A DNA stretch of 24,000 nucleotides from Thiobacillus sp. 63-78 (GCF_001899765.1 NZ_MKWM01000073.1:83129-107128); one strand, 5' to 3'. Counted from the stretch's first letter, positions 15,596 to 23,550 are shown. Notes: generated by a model not told the origin, from the letters alone. Program-made: numbers and translations.

Positions 15596-18019
15596 TTACT
15601 TCGTCAACGCCATGAACAACTGCGGCAGTTGCTCGGGCAAGCGCTCGACGCGATCGATGACGCTGAACTGGCGACCGAAGATGTCGCTGACGTATTCGTC
15701 AGCTTTTGGATCGAGGCTGATGCAGTAGGTGAAAATATTGTCCCGGTCGAGTTCCTTCACTGCTTGCCGGGCGTCTTCGACCAGCAGGCGTTCGTCGTGG
15801 GCATCGACGTCGGACGGCCTGCCGTCGGTGAGGATGAGCATCAGCTTCTTGTCGGCGCGGCGCGCGCCGAGCGTGTGCGCGGCGTGGCGCATCGCCGCGC
15901 CCATGCGGGTGGACCAGCCCGCCTGCATCGCGGCCAGGCGCGCCTTGACGTCGTCGTCGAACGCTTCGCCGTAGCCCTTGATGTGCAGGTAGCGCACGTC
16001 GTGACGGGTGTTGGAATGGAAGCCGGCGATGGCGAACGCATCGCCCAGCTTCTCGATCGCCCAGGCCAGGAGCGAAACCGCTTCCTGGCTGAGTTCGAGG
16101 ATGGTCTGCTCGCTGCCCGCCGCCTTGTCGTTGAGCGATTCCGACAGGTCCAGCAGCAGCATGACGGCGATGTCGCGGCCGTCGGTGCGATGGCTCATGT
16201 TGATGCGCGGGTCGGGGGTGGCGCCGCCCTTGAAGTCGATCAGCGCGCGCAGCGCGACGTCGAGATCGAGCTCGCTGCCTTCTTCCTGATAGCGGATGCG
16301 CACCTTGTCCTGCGGCTTCAAGAGGTCGAGCATCTTCTTCAGCCGCTTGGCGAGCGCGCCGTGTTTGGCGAGCAGACGGTCGATGTCGGCGGCATTGCCA
16401 TGCGGGTGCAGCGCTTCGTACACGCTGACCCAGTCCGGGCGGTAGGTCTGGCTCGCGTAGTCCCACTCCGGATAATGGCGCGGCGGCAGACCGTGAATCT
16501 CCTCGCCCGGCTCGATCTTGCGCGGCTCGTCGAAGGCGTCTTCCTCGTCGCCGGCCTCGATGAATTTCCACAACTGGCGGTTGTCGTCGCGGTAGTCGAC
16601 CACGGTGTCGGCGAAGTGGACGCGGGCGAACTGGTCGCTCTGGCGGCGGGTTTTGGCCACATAGTTCAAGGCCAGCGCGGCGATTTCTTTGGTGCTCGAT
16701 TCTCCGTGCGCCATGACGGCATGGAAACGCTGCACGGTGTCCAGCAGGTCGGCGTCAATGTAGCCGTGCGCCGGGTCGAGCAACGCGCGCGACAACATCG
16801 CCATGCGGTGACGCAGGCAGGAGGTGGTCTCCGGATCGCAGGCGGTCTCCAAAGGCTTCGGATGCAGCGCGAGGAACAGCTTGCGCAGACCGGGGTAGGC
16901 GCGGATCAGGAGCGTCTCGACGCGGCAGTCCTCGAAGAACTCCACCGCCATGCGCTGGAACGGGCTCCAGTTGTCGGCGACCTGCGCGTCGGACCAGCGA
17001 CGGTGGCCGACGATGTGGGCGAGCGCGGCGCGGTAGCGGTCGAGACCGGAGATGACGGTTTTCCCCTCGCCCGCTTGCGGGAGAGGGTGGTGCGAAGCAC
17101 CGGGAGAGGGCCGCGTGCGTCCCTCTCCCCCGGCCTCTCGTTCAATCGGTTTGGGCTCAGCTTTTTCCCCCTCTCCCTCGGGGAGAGGGTTGGGGTGAGG
17201 GAACGGGGAGGAAGGGAGGATCAGGTCGTCGTAGACGTCGGGCAGACGGATGCCGAGCTTGTCGTAATAGGGAATCGGCTTGCGGATTTCGTCGAACGCT
17301 GTCGAATACGGCACCAGGTGGTCGTGGTCCTGCCACAGGCCGCGCAGATACAGGTCCAGTTTGCGCTCGACGTCGATCAATAACGTCCCATGGCGCTCGC
17401 GTTGCAGCACGGCGCGGCTGTCGGCCGATTGCAGGCTGAAGTAATCCTTCTGCCGCTCGGGGTGGCCACGGTAGTTGCGGATGCCGTATTCGACCCAGTT
17501 CCCGAGGCCGGCGATGGAAAGCTGCGCGAGCAGGCCGGGCGCCTGGGCGAAGAATTCCGGCAGGCCGGGGCTGGGAAAAGTGGTGTGGTGGCCGTGGATG
17601 GAGCCGGTGGTGCGCGCCTTCAGGTCTAGCGCAATGTCGAGATAGTGCTGCAGTTGATCTTCGGATTGCAGCCGCCTGGCCACCGGCGCCAGCGTCTGCA
17701 GGAAAGGCGTGATCGCGCGGCCGTTGGGTGATTTCTGCAGGCGCTGGATCAGCGCCATCACCGCCGGCAGCGCGGACTCGCCGACCGCCTGCGCGGCCGA
17801 CGGCCACTCCTCCAGGAAGGCCAGCAGCGGTTCGACGCCGCGCCCCAGCTTGCCGATGACGCGGCCGGCTTCGAGGTAGGCGTCGAGCCCCGCGCGCGTG
17901 AGCACCGCCAGCGCTTCCGCCATGACATCGTCGAACACCGCCTCCACCTGCGGGAAACGGGTGTCGAGCTGGCGCCAGTAGGCGGCCATGAGGGGGTGCT
18001 GGTAGACGGTTTCGGTCAT
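15596..18019 (-). CDS. cbbO: CbbO, von Willebrand factor A-domain adaptor of the CbbQO RuBisCO activase, carrying an in-frame repeat-derived insert
   Basis: ORF 15596..18208. Start set to ATG 18019 (MTETVYQHPLMAAYWRQLD), because the upstream 63 codons are encoded by a repeat element. C-terminal VWA domain with MIDAS DLSES (VMLLLDLSESLN) and LILTDGRPSDVD. Located immediately downstream of cbbQ. No SD before ATG 18019. Confidence 0.88.
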   Translation of the reverse strand: MTETVYQHPLMAAYWRQLDTRFPQVEAVFDDVMAEALAVLTRAGLDAYLEAGRVIGKLGRGVEPLLAFLEEWPSAAQAVGESALPAVMALIQRLQKSPNGRAITPFLQTLAPVARRLQSEDQLQHYLDIALDLKARTTGSIHGHHTTFPSPGLPEFFAQAPGLLAQLSIAGLGNWVEYGIRNYRGHPERQKDYFSLQSADSRAVLQRERHGTLLIDVERKLDLYLRGLWQDHDHLVPYSTAFDEIRKPIPYYDKLGIRLPDVYDDLILPSSPFPHPNPLPEGEGEKAEPKPIEREAGGEGRTRPSPGASHHPLPQAGEGKTVISGLDRYRAALAHIVGHRRWSDAQVADNWSPFQRMAVEFFEDCRVETLLIRAYPGLRKLFLALHPKPLETACDPETTSCLRHRMAMLSRALLDPAHGYIDADLLDTVQRFHAVMAHGESSTKEIAALALNYVAKTRRQSDQFARVHFADTVVDYRDDNRQLWKFIEAGDEEDAFDEPRKIEPGEEIHGLPPRHYPEWDYASQTYRPDWVSVYEALHPHGNAADIDRLLAKHGALAKRLKKMLDLLKPQDKVRIRYQEEGSELDLDVALRALIDFKGGATPDPRINMSHRTDGRDIAVMLLLDLSESLNDKAAGSEQTILELSQEAVSLLAWAIEKLGDAFAIAGFHSNTRHDVRYLHIKGYGEAFDDDVKARLAAMQAGWSTRMGAAMRHAAHTLGARRADKKLMLILTDGRPSDVDAHDERLLVEDARQAVKELDRDNIFTYCISLDPKADEYVSDIFGRQFSVIDRVERLPEQLPQLFMALTK
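17063..17201. repeat. cluster of three hairpin modules (same family as the bioA cassette TIRs) inside cbbO
   Basis: H1 17063-17087: CCCCTCGCCCGCTTGCGGGAGAGGG. H2: GGGAGAGGG 17102-17110 pairing with CCCTCTCCC 17121-17129. H3: CCCTCTCCC 17169-17177, loop TCG, GGGAGAGGG 17181-17189, followed by TTGGGGTGAGGG (17190-17201). Translated in the cbbO frame as PHPNPLPEGEGEKAEPKPIEREAGGEGRTRPSPGASHHPLPQAGEGK. Confidence 0.7.
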
Positions 18020-18040
18020 GGGTAGGGTGGTGAAAACCGG

Positions 18041-18182
18041 TTCACCACAGAGACACAGAGGCACAGAGGCACAGAGGCACAGAGAAAACCATCCAGCACT
18101 CGACATCCAATCGAGCGCCAGATTTATTTCCAGCACACCTGGTTCTGCTCTTTTCTCTGTGTCTCTGTGCCTCTGTGGTGAA
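18041..18182. repeat. inverted-repeat element built from CACAGAG(G/A) octamers, at the cbbQ-cbbO junction
   Basis: Left arm: TTCAC followed by 5 tandem octamers (18046-18085) and AAA. Right arm 18150-18182 is the reverse complement with 3 octamers and ends in GGTGAA. The outer 12 nt are perfectly complementary (TTCACCACAGAG / CTCTGTGGTGAA). The central non-repeated part is about 60 nt. Confidence 0.7.
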
Positions 18183-18188
18183 AGCATT

Positions 18189-18992
18189 TCAAGCAAACGT
18201 CGCATCAACCGCGTGATCCAGCGTCTCGCGAATATCGGCGTCGTCGGTGATCGGGCGCACCAGCGCCATGCGGCAGGCGTCGGCAGGCGCCACGCCGTCC
18301 TTGATCAGCGTCGCCGCGTACACCAGCAGGCGGGTCGAGATGCCTTCGTCGAGTCCGTGGCCTTTCAGATTGCGCGCGACGCCGCCGATCTTCACCAGTT
18401 GTGCCGCCACCGTTTCGTCCATGCCGGTTTCCTGCGCCACAATCTGCGCTTCCAGCGCGGCGTCGGGATAGTCGAAATCGAACGCGGTGAAGCGCTGCTT
18501 GGTCGACTGCTTGAGATCCTTCATCAGCGTCTGGTAGCCGGGGTTGTAGGAAATCACCAACTGGAAGTCGGGGTGCGCGCGGATCAGCTCGCCCTTCTTG
18601 TCGAGCGGCAGGGTGCGGCGGTGGTCGGTCAGCGGGTGGATCACCACGGTGGTGTCCTGGCGTGCCTCCACAATTTCATCGAGATAGCAGATGGCGCCGA
18701 TGCGCGCGGCGGTGGTCAACGGGCCGTCGAGCCAGCGGGTGCCGTTGGCTTCCAGCAGATAGCGGCCGACCAGATCGGACGCGGTCATGTCCTCGTTGCA
18801 GGCCACGGTGATCAGCGGCTTGCCGAGCTTCCACGCCATGTATTCGACGAAGCGCGATTTCCCGCACCCTGTTGGCCCTTTCACCATCACCGGCAGGCGG
18901 TTGCGGTAGGCCGCTTCGTACAGCGCGACTTCGTTCTTCTGCTGCTGGTAGAAGGGTTCCTGCTGAACCTTGTACTGGTCCTTGTCGATCAT
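18189..18992 (-). CDS. cbbQ: CbbQ, MoxR-type AAA+ ATPase of the CbbQO RuBisCO activase
   Basis: ORF 18189..19007 (TTG). ATG 18992 ([29 protein letters not shown]) is preferred because GAGG lies 7 nt upstream. Walker [21 protein letters not shown], Walker [12 protein letters not shown], typical CbbQ/NirQ sequence. Confidence 0.93.
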   Translation of the reverse strand: MIDKDQYKVQQEPFYQQQKNEVALYEAAYRNRLPVMVKGPTGCGKSRFVEYMAWKLGKPLITVACNEDMTASDLVGRYLLEANGTRWLDGPLTTAARIGAICYLDEIVEARQDTTVVIHPLTDHRRTLPLDKKGELIRAHPDFQLVISYNPGYQTLMKDLKQSTKQRFTAFDFDYPDAALEAQIVAQETGMDETVAAQLVKIGGVARNLKGHGLDEGISTRLLVYAATLIKDGVAPADACRMALVRPITDDADIRETLDHAVDATFA

Positions 18993-19012
18993 GCGCATGC
19001 CTCGCAACGGAA

Positions 19013-19043
19013 GAAAAAAACGCCCCCGGAAAGCCGGGGGCGT
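19013..19043 (-). terminator. strong intrinsic terminator between cbbM and cbbQ
   Basis: Reverse strand: ACGCCCCCGG, loop CTTT, CCGGGGGCGT (perfect 10-bp GC-rich stem), followed directly by a run of 7 T. It lies about 80 nt after the cbbM stop and about 20 nt before the cbbQ start. Confidence 0.7.
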
Positions 19044-19125
19044 GGAGCGCGGGATCGGTTATCAGCAGCTAGGAGACTGCTTCCAACCCGCCCCGCGAAG
19101 GAGATGACGCTTCACCCCCGTGTTC

Positions 19126-20505
19126 TTACTTGTGCACGCCCAGCTTTTCGCGCCAGCCCGGATACAGCTTGTCGGCGTCGCCCGGGAAGGACTCGAAGGC
19201 GCGCGCGAATTCCTTGTGGCTCTTGGCGAACTCGATCGGGTCGGCGCCGGCCTTCCAGCACTCGTACGACTGGCGCAGCGAGATCGCGCCGGCCGCCGGG
19301 CTGTCGATGTGGCCGTAGGAGCCGCCGCCGGAGGTGTTGATGACGTTGCCGTGGCCGAGGTTCTCGAAGAAGCCGGGTAGACGCAGCGCGTTCATGCCGC
19401 CGGAGATGATCGGGGTGGTGGGCTTCATGCCGTACCACTTCTGGAAGTAGACCGGGCCTTGGCACTCGTCGCGCTCGATCATGTAGGCGATCAGCTTGTC
19501 GTCCGCCTCGCCTTCCATCTTGCCGTAGCCCATGGTGCCGACGTGGATGCCCGAGGCCCCCTGCAGGCGCGAGATCTTGGCCAGCACGAAGGCGGTGTAG
19601 CCACGCTTGGCCGACGGCGAGGTGATCATGCCGTGGCCGGCGCGGTGGTAGTGCAGATACTGGTTGGGATACTGACGGCGGGCGGTGGTGATCATGCCGG
19701 GACCGCCGACGAAACCGTCGACCAGGAAGGCCACCTTGTCGGCGTCGGCGCCGAAGGTTTCCAGGATGTAGTCGGCGCGGGCGCACATTTCATAGTGGTC
19801 GTCGGCGGTGATGTTGGCGGAGAACAGCTTGGGCTGGCCGGTTTCATCCTGTGCGCGCTTCATCGCGTCGGCCACCAGCGGGATCACCTTCTTCATCGGC
19901 GCGAATACCTGGTTGCCCTGGGGTTCGTCGTTCTTGATGAAGTCGCCGCCCAGCCAGAACTGGTAGGCCGCGTGGGCGAACGGCTCGGGGCGCAGGCCCA
20001 GCTTGGGCTTGATGATGGTGCCGGCGATGTAGCCGCCGTTGACCACCGGGCGGCCGAGGATGCGCCACATGTCGGAGATGTCCTTGGCGGGACCGTCGAA
20101 CAGCTGGATGGCGCGCTCGGGCACGTAGAAGTCGTGGATCTTGGCGTGCTCGATGTCGCCCATGCCCTGGTTGTTGCCGATCACCAGCGTCAGGAAGGAG
20201 ACGATCATCATGCGGCCGTCGGTGACGTTGCGGTCGAACAGGTCCAGCGGGTAGGCAATCCGCATGTCCTCGGTGGCCTCGTCGATGTGGTACACCAGCG
20301 CGTCGACGCCCTTGGTGAATTCGTCGGTGGTGGACACTTCGACGTTGGTGCCGGTCGAGGACTCGGCGGCGAAGTGGGCGGCCGCTTCCAGGTAGCCGTG
20401 GCCGGCCTTGGGCTTCATCTTGTAGGCGACGAGAATGTGCTTGCCGCCCTTGATCAGGTCTTCTTCCTTGAGGCTGAGGTCGGCATAACGTGCGGATTGA
20501 TCCAT
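19126..20505 (-). CDS. cbbM: RuBisCO form II large subunit
   Basis: ORF 19126..20580. ATG 20505 ([32 protein letters not shown]) is preferred because AGGAG lies 7 nt upstream. 459 aa with form II hallmarks: [14 protein letters not shown] (active-site Lys), [31 protein letters not shown]. Confidence 0.96.
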   Translation of the reverse strand: MDQSARYADLSLKEEDLIKGGKHILVAYKMKPKAGHGYLEAAAHFAAESSTGTNVEVSTTDEFTKGVDALVYHIDEATEDMRIAYPLDLFDRNVTDGRMMIVSFLTLVIGNNQGMGDIEHAKIHDFYVPERAIQLFDGPAKDISDMWRILGRPVVNGGYIAGTIIKPKLGLRPEPFAHAAYQFWLGGDFIKNDEPQGNQVFAPMKKVIPLVADAMKRAQDETGQPKLFSANITADDHYEMCARADYILETFGADADKVAFLVDGFVGGPGMITTARRQYPNQYLHYHRAGHGMITSPSAKRGYTAFVLAKISRLQGASGIHVGTMGYGKMEGEADDKLIAYMIERDECQGPVYFQKWYGMKPTTPIISGGMNALRLPGFFENLGHGNVINTSGGGSYGHIDSPAAGAISLRQSYECWKAGADPIEFAKSHKEFARAFESFPGDADKLYPGWREKLGVHK

Positions 20506-20642
20506 GGCTTGGCTCCTGCGGGTCATAAACAAGACTTCGGGTGCAACGCTCCGAAGTGGGCAGGGGCGGACTATACGCAAGCACTTATATAATGAATATT
20601 AAATTGTTATGATGAAAATCATATAATTTTCCTTATACATCT
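20506..20642. promoter_or_regulatory. divergent cbbM / LysR control region with perfect dyad
   Basis: Sharply AT-rich block (about 20578-20642) in a GC-rich context. Perfect dyad TATGAT-GAAA-ATCATA at 20608-20623, 20 nt upstream of the LysR ATG (20643). CTTATA is repeated at 20584 and 20632. Confidence 0.45.
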
Positions 20643-21593
20643 ATGCGCCGACTCACGCTTCGCCAGTTCCGGGTATTCGAAGCCGTCGCCCGCCACCTGT
20701 CGTTTTCGCGGGCGGCCGAGGAATTGCATCTGTCGCAGCCTGCCGTCTCCATGCAGATGCGGGGGATCGAAGTCATCCTCGGCATGCCGCTCACCGAGCA
20801 ACTGGGCAAAAAAATCTTTCTCACCGAGGCCGGACGCGAGGTGCTGCACGCCAGCCAGGCGATCACTGCGCGCCTGGACGACCTGCAGCACAATCTGGCG
20901 CAACTGCAGAGCGTCGACAGCGGACGCCTCAACCTTGCCGTGACCACGACGGTGAACGCCGTCGTCACCGGCATCCTGGCCCGCTTTCGCGGCCGCCATC
21001 CCGGCGTATCGATCCATCTGGACGTGTCCAACCGCGAATCGGTACTGAACCAGCTCGCCACCAATCGGATCGATCTCGCCATCATGGGCCAGGTGCCGGA
21101 CGGACTTGACCTGGAAGCCATCCGCTTCATGGACAACCCGCTGGTCGTGATCGCGCCGCCCGACCACCCGCTTGCACGAAGAAAAAAAGTGTCGATCGAT
21201 GATCTCGCCACCGAGCCGTTTCTGGTGCGCGAAGCCGGATCGGGCACGCGCGGCGCGATGGCGCGCTTTTTTGATGCCCGAGGTCTGGCACTGCGTACGA
21301 GCATGGAGATGAGCAGCAACGAAGCGATCAAACAGGCGGTACAGGCCGGTCTGGGACTGGGCATTCTTTCGCTCCAGACACTGGAACAGGAACTGACGCT
21401 GCAGCGGCTTGCCGTACTGGCGGTGGAGGATTTCCCCATCATGCGCCACTGGTATGTCGTGCACCGCATCGACAAGCGGCTGTCGCCGGTATCACAAGCC
21501 TTCAAGACCTTCGTGCTGCAACCGGTGGGGCAACCGGACGAAGCCGCTACGCCACACTCCGAACGACTGCGCCCTGAGCGACCGGCGCCCTGA
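20643..21593 (+). CDS. LysR-family transcriptional regulator, CbbR paralog (form II operon)
   Basis: 316 aa. wHTH LRQFRVFEAVARHLSFSRAAEELHLSQPAVSMQMRGIEVILGMPLTEQLGKK. Colinear with the 14576..15478 product (shared FLVRE.GSGTR, SNEAIKQA, FPI.RHWYV). Divergent from cbbM. Confidence 0.85.
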   Translation: MRRLTLRQFRVFEAVARHLSFSRAAEELHLSQPAVSMQMRGIEVILGMPLTEQLGKKIFLTEAGREVLHASQAITARLDDLQHNLAQLQSVDSGRLNLAVTTTVNAVVTGILARFRGRHPGVSIHLDVSNRESVLNQLATNRIDLAIMGQVPDGLDLEAIRFMDNPLVVIAPPDHPLARRKKVSIDDLATEPFLVREAGSGTRGAMARFFDARGLALRTSMEMSSNEAIKQAVQAGLGLGILSLQTLEQELTLQRLAVLAVEDFPIMRHWYVVHRIDKRLSPVSQAFKTFVLQPVGQPDEAATPHSERLRPERPAP

Positions 21594-21703
21594 GCGCCCG
21601 GTGGGACAACGCGCTAGAATCGGGGGCCGGGAACCCGTCGGTGTGATGGCTTCCCTCTACACGCGTCTGGGCTCGCCCATTCTTTAATTGACGTGAGGAC
21701 AGC

Positions 21704-22081
21704 ATGGAACCCAGGATCATCCAAGCCCCCAAGCGCTGCGGCTGCGCCAATCCGACCCAAAAATGCGAGGAGATGGCGCGCACCATCAAGCCCGCCAAGG
21801 TCAACCCCGATGCCATGCTGGTGTTCGACGTGCGGCGCGAGGCCGACTTCGCCGCGTCCGATGAAATCATTCCCGGCGCGATGTGGAAAAACCCGGACAA
21901 AATCGACGCCTGGATCGGCGCGCTGCCGCGCACGCTCGACGTGGTGATCTACTGCGTGCGCGGCGGCAGCGTGTCGAGCAATGTCGTGGACCGCCTGCAG
22001 GCCGCGGGCGTGAAAGCGCGCTTCATAGAGGGAGGGCTTGAAGCCTACAAGGCTGCGGGAGGCAAAGTGGCCCGTAAATAA
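21704..22081 (+). CDS. single-domain rhodanese-like sulfurtransferase
   Basis: 125 aa. LVFDVRREADFAAS..IPGAMW, then active-site loop VVIYCVRGGSVSS, then AGVKARFIEGGLEAY. GAGGA lies 4 nt upstream of ATG 21704. The alternative ATG 21773 has no usable spacer. Confidence 0.72.
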   Translation: MEPRIIQAPKRCGCANPTQKCEEMARTIKPAKVNPDAMLVFDVRREADFAASDEIIPGAMWKNPDKIDAWIGALPRTLDVVIYCVRGGSVSSNVVDRLQAAGVKARFIEGGLEAYKAAGGKVARK

Positions 22082-22130
22082 AACGGCTAACCCATTGAAA
22101 GAAGTGCATAAAATACTTATTTTAAATTAG

Positions 22131-22159
22131 TTGACTAATTTACTTGGTTATTCTATGGT
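22131..22159 (+). promoter_or_regulatory. putative sigma70 promoter for the dsrC/tusE-like gene
   Basis: TTGACT (22131-22136), 17-nt spacer, TATGGT (22154-22159), in an AT-rich 118-bp intergenic region about 40 nt upstream of ATG 22200. Confidence 0.4.
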
Positions 22160-22199
22160 GCAGCACCCGATCATTTTATTGAACGTAAGGACTGCAACC

Positions 22200-22532
22200 A
22201 TGGAACGTGAAATCAACGGCAAAATCGTCGAGACCGACCCCGAAGGTTATCTGGTCAATCTGGATGACTGGTCCGAAGAACTGGCTATCGAACTGGCCAG
22301 GGAAGACAAGCTGGAACTGGGTGAGAAGCACTGGAAGATCATCCATTACATGCGCGACCAGTTCGCCCAGAACGGCACCGCTCCCAATCTGCGTTTCCTG
22401 CAGAAGGGTCTAAAGGAAGAAATGGGCGACGAATGGGCGGACAAGAAATTCCTGTTCAGCCTGTTCCCGTTCGGCCCCGCCAAGCAGGCCGGCCGCTACG
22501 CCGGGACCCCGAAGCCGACCGGCTGCGTTTGA
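22200..22532 (+). CDS. DsrC/TusE-family sulfur-relay protein (single C-terminal Cys type)
   Basis: ORF 22131..22532. ATG 22200 is preferred because AAGGA lies 8 nt upstream. 110 aa: MEREINGKIVETDPEGYLVNLDDWSEELA...HWKIIHYMRDQF...FPFGPAKQAGRYAGTPKPTGCV. The C-terminal arm PKPTGCV is diagnostic of DsrC/TusE. The upstream CysB position reads Gly (AKQAG). Confidence 0.85.
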   Translation: MEREINGKIVETDPEGYLVNLDDWSEELAIELAREDKLELGEKHWKIIHYMRDQFAQNGTAPNLRFLQKGLKEEMGDEWADKKFLFSLFPFGPAKQAGRYAGTPKPTGCV

Positions 22533-22551
22533 GCCTCCGTCGTCGCCTTGA

Positions 22552-22582
22552 AACGCCCCGCCCCGTGCGGGGCGTTCTGTTT
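22552..22582. terminator. hairpin terminator between convergent genes
   Basis: AACGCCCCG (22552-22560), 7-nt loop, CGGGGCGTT (22568-22576), followed by CTGTTT. Located between the dsrC-like stop (22532) and the convergent DUF486 stop (22615). The T-tract is weak. Confidence 0.45.
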
Positions 22583-22614
22583 GGACGCCCGACCATCACG
22601 ATGGGGCACCGTCC

Positions 22615-22962
22615 CTACGCCGCCTTGCGGAACATGAAATACACCGCTCCGACCAGGCACAGCGCCGCCCACAAAAAATCCCACTTCAGCTCCACCTTCA
22701 TGTAGAGCACGGCGAACGGCATGAACACCGAAAGCGCGATGACTTCCTGCATGATTTTCAGCTGCGGCAAGCTCATCACGCTGAAGCCGATGCGATTGGC
22801 GGGCACCTGCAGCAGGTACTCGAACAGGGCGATCCCCCAACTGACGAGTGCCGCGATGACCCAGGGCTGGTTGCTCATGTCCTTCAGGTGCGCATACCAG
22901 GCAAAGGTCATGAAGACATTGGAAAACGTGAGCAGAATCAGGGTTTGCAGCGAGGCAGGCAT
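22615..22962 (-). CDS. DMT-superfamily small membrane protein (DUF486-like)
   Basis: Only the C-terminal 115 codons of track ORF 22615..23634 are used. ATG 22962 has GGAG 6 nt upstream. MPASLQTLILLTFSNVFMTFAWYAHLKDMSNQPWVIAALVSWGIALFEYLLQVPANRIG... has four TM helices and the FMTFAWY.HLK motif typical of DUF486. Confidence 0.75.
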   Translation of the reverse strand: MPASLQTLILLTFSNVFMTFAWYAHLKDMSNQPWVIAALVSWGIALFEYLLQVPANRIGFSVMSLPQLKIMQEVIALSVFMPFAVLYMKVELKWDFLWAALCLVGAVYFMFRKAA

Positions 22963-23052
22963 GGTCGTCTCCGGGATATGCGGCGCCATTGTAGGGAATC
23001 CATGCGCCTGTGGCGCTGTTAAAATGCCGCCTTTCGCATTGCAGGGAGCGGC

Positions 23053-23550
23053 ATGATGAACGCGCCTCAGGTGGGGGTGGTGATGGGGTCTTCCAGCGAC
23101 TGGGAGGTGATGAAGCATGCGGCGATACTGCTGAAGCAACTGGGCATCCATCACGAAACGAAAGTGGTGTCCGCCCACCGCACCCCTGATCTGCTCTACG
23201 ACTACGCCCACCACGCCGACGCGCGCGGACTCAAGGCGATCATCGCCGGTGCCGGCGGGGCCGCCCACCTGCCCGGCATGCTCGCTGCCAAGACCCTCGT
23301 GCCGGTACTCGGCGTGCCGGTGCCGTCGAAATATCTCAAGGGCATGGATTCGCTGCTCTCCATCGTGCAGATGCCCCGGGGCATTCCGGTCGCCACCTTC
23401 GCCATCGGCGAGGCAGGGGCGGCCAACGCGGCGCTGTTCGCCGCCGCACTGATCGCCCGTTACGACAGCCGCCTGGCCGGCAAACTCGCCGAGTTCCGGC
23501 GTAGCCAGTCCGATTCGGTGCTGGCAATGGACCTGCCCGATGTCGAGTAA
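23053..23550 (+). CDS. purE: N5-carboxyaminoimidazole ribonucleotide mutase
   Basis: 165 aa. [64 protein letters not shown]: the complete class I PurE motif set. Confidence 0.93.
   Translation: MMNAPQVGVVMGSSSDWEVMKHAAILLKQLGIHHETKVVSAHRTPDLLYDYAHHADARGLKAIIAGAGGAAHLPGMLAAKTLVPVLGVPVPSKYLKGMDSLLSIVQMPRGIPVATFAIGEAGAANAALFAAALIARYDSRLAGKLAEFRRSQSDSVLAMDLPDVE

Noticed and set aside
15548-17383. 611-aa plus-strand ORF opposite cbbO
   Set aside because: It is antisense to the CbbO frame, which carries the VWA/MIDAS motifs. The composition is shadow-like (runs of V, A, R, G, D, Q) and there is no start context.
18041-18182. Possibility that the CACAGAG(G/A) repeats are a CRISPR array or a protein-coding tandem repeat
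   Set aside because: The 8-nt units are contiguous with no spacers, far shorter than CRISPR repeats, and arranged as two inverted arms. The in-frame N-terminal extension of cbbO that they would encode (18020..18208) is not CbbO-like. It remains a low-probability alternative start only.
18018-20592. Plus-strand ORFs of 440 aa (18018..19340) and 377 aa (19459..20592)
   Set aside because: They are antisense to cbbQ and cbbM respectively, and both real genes are unambiguous on the minus strand.
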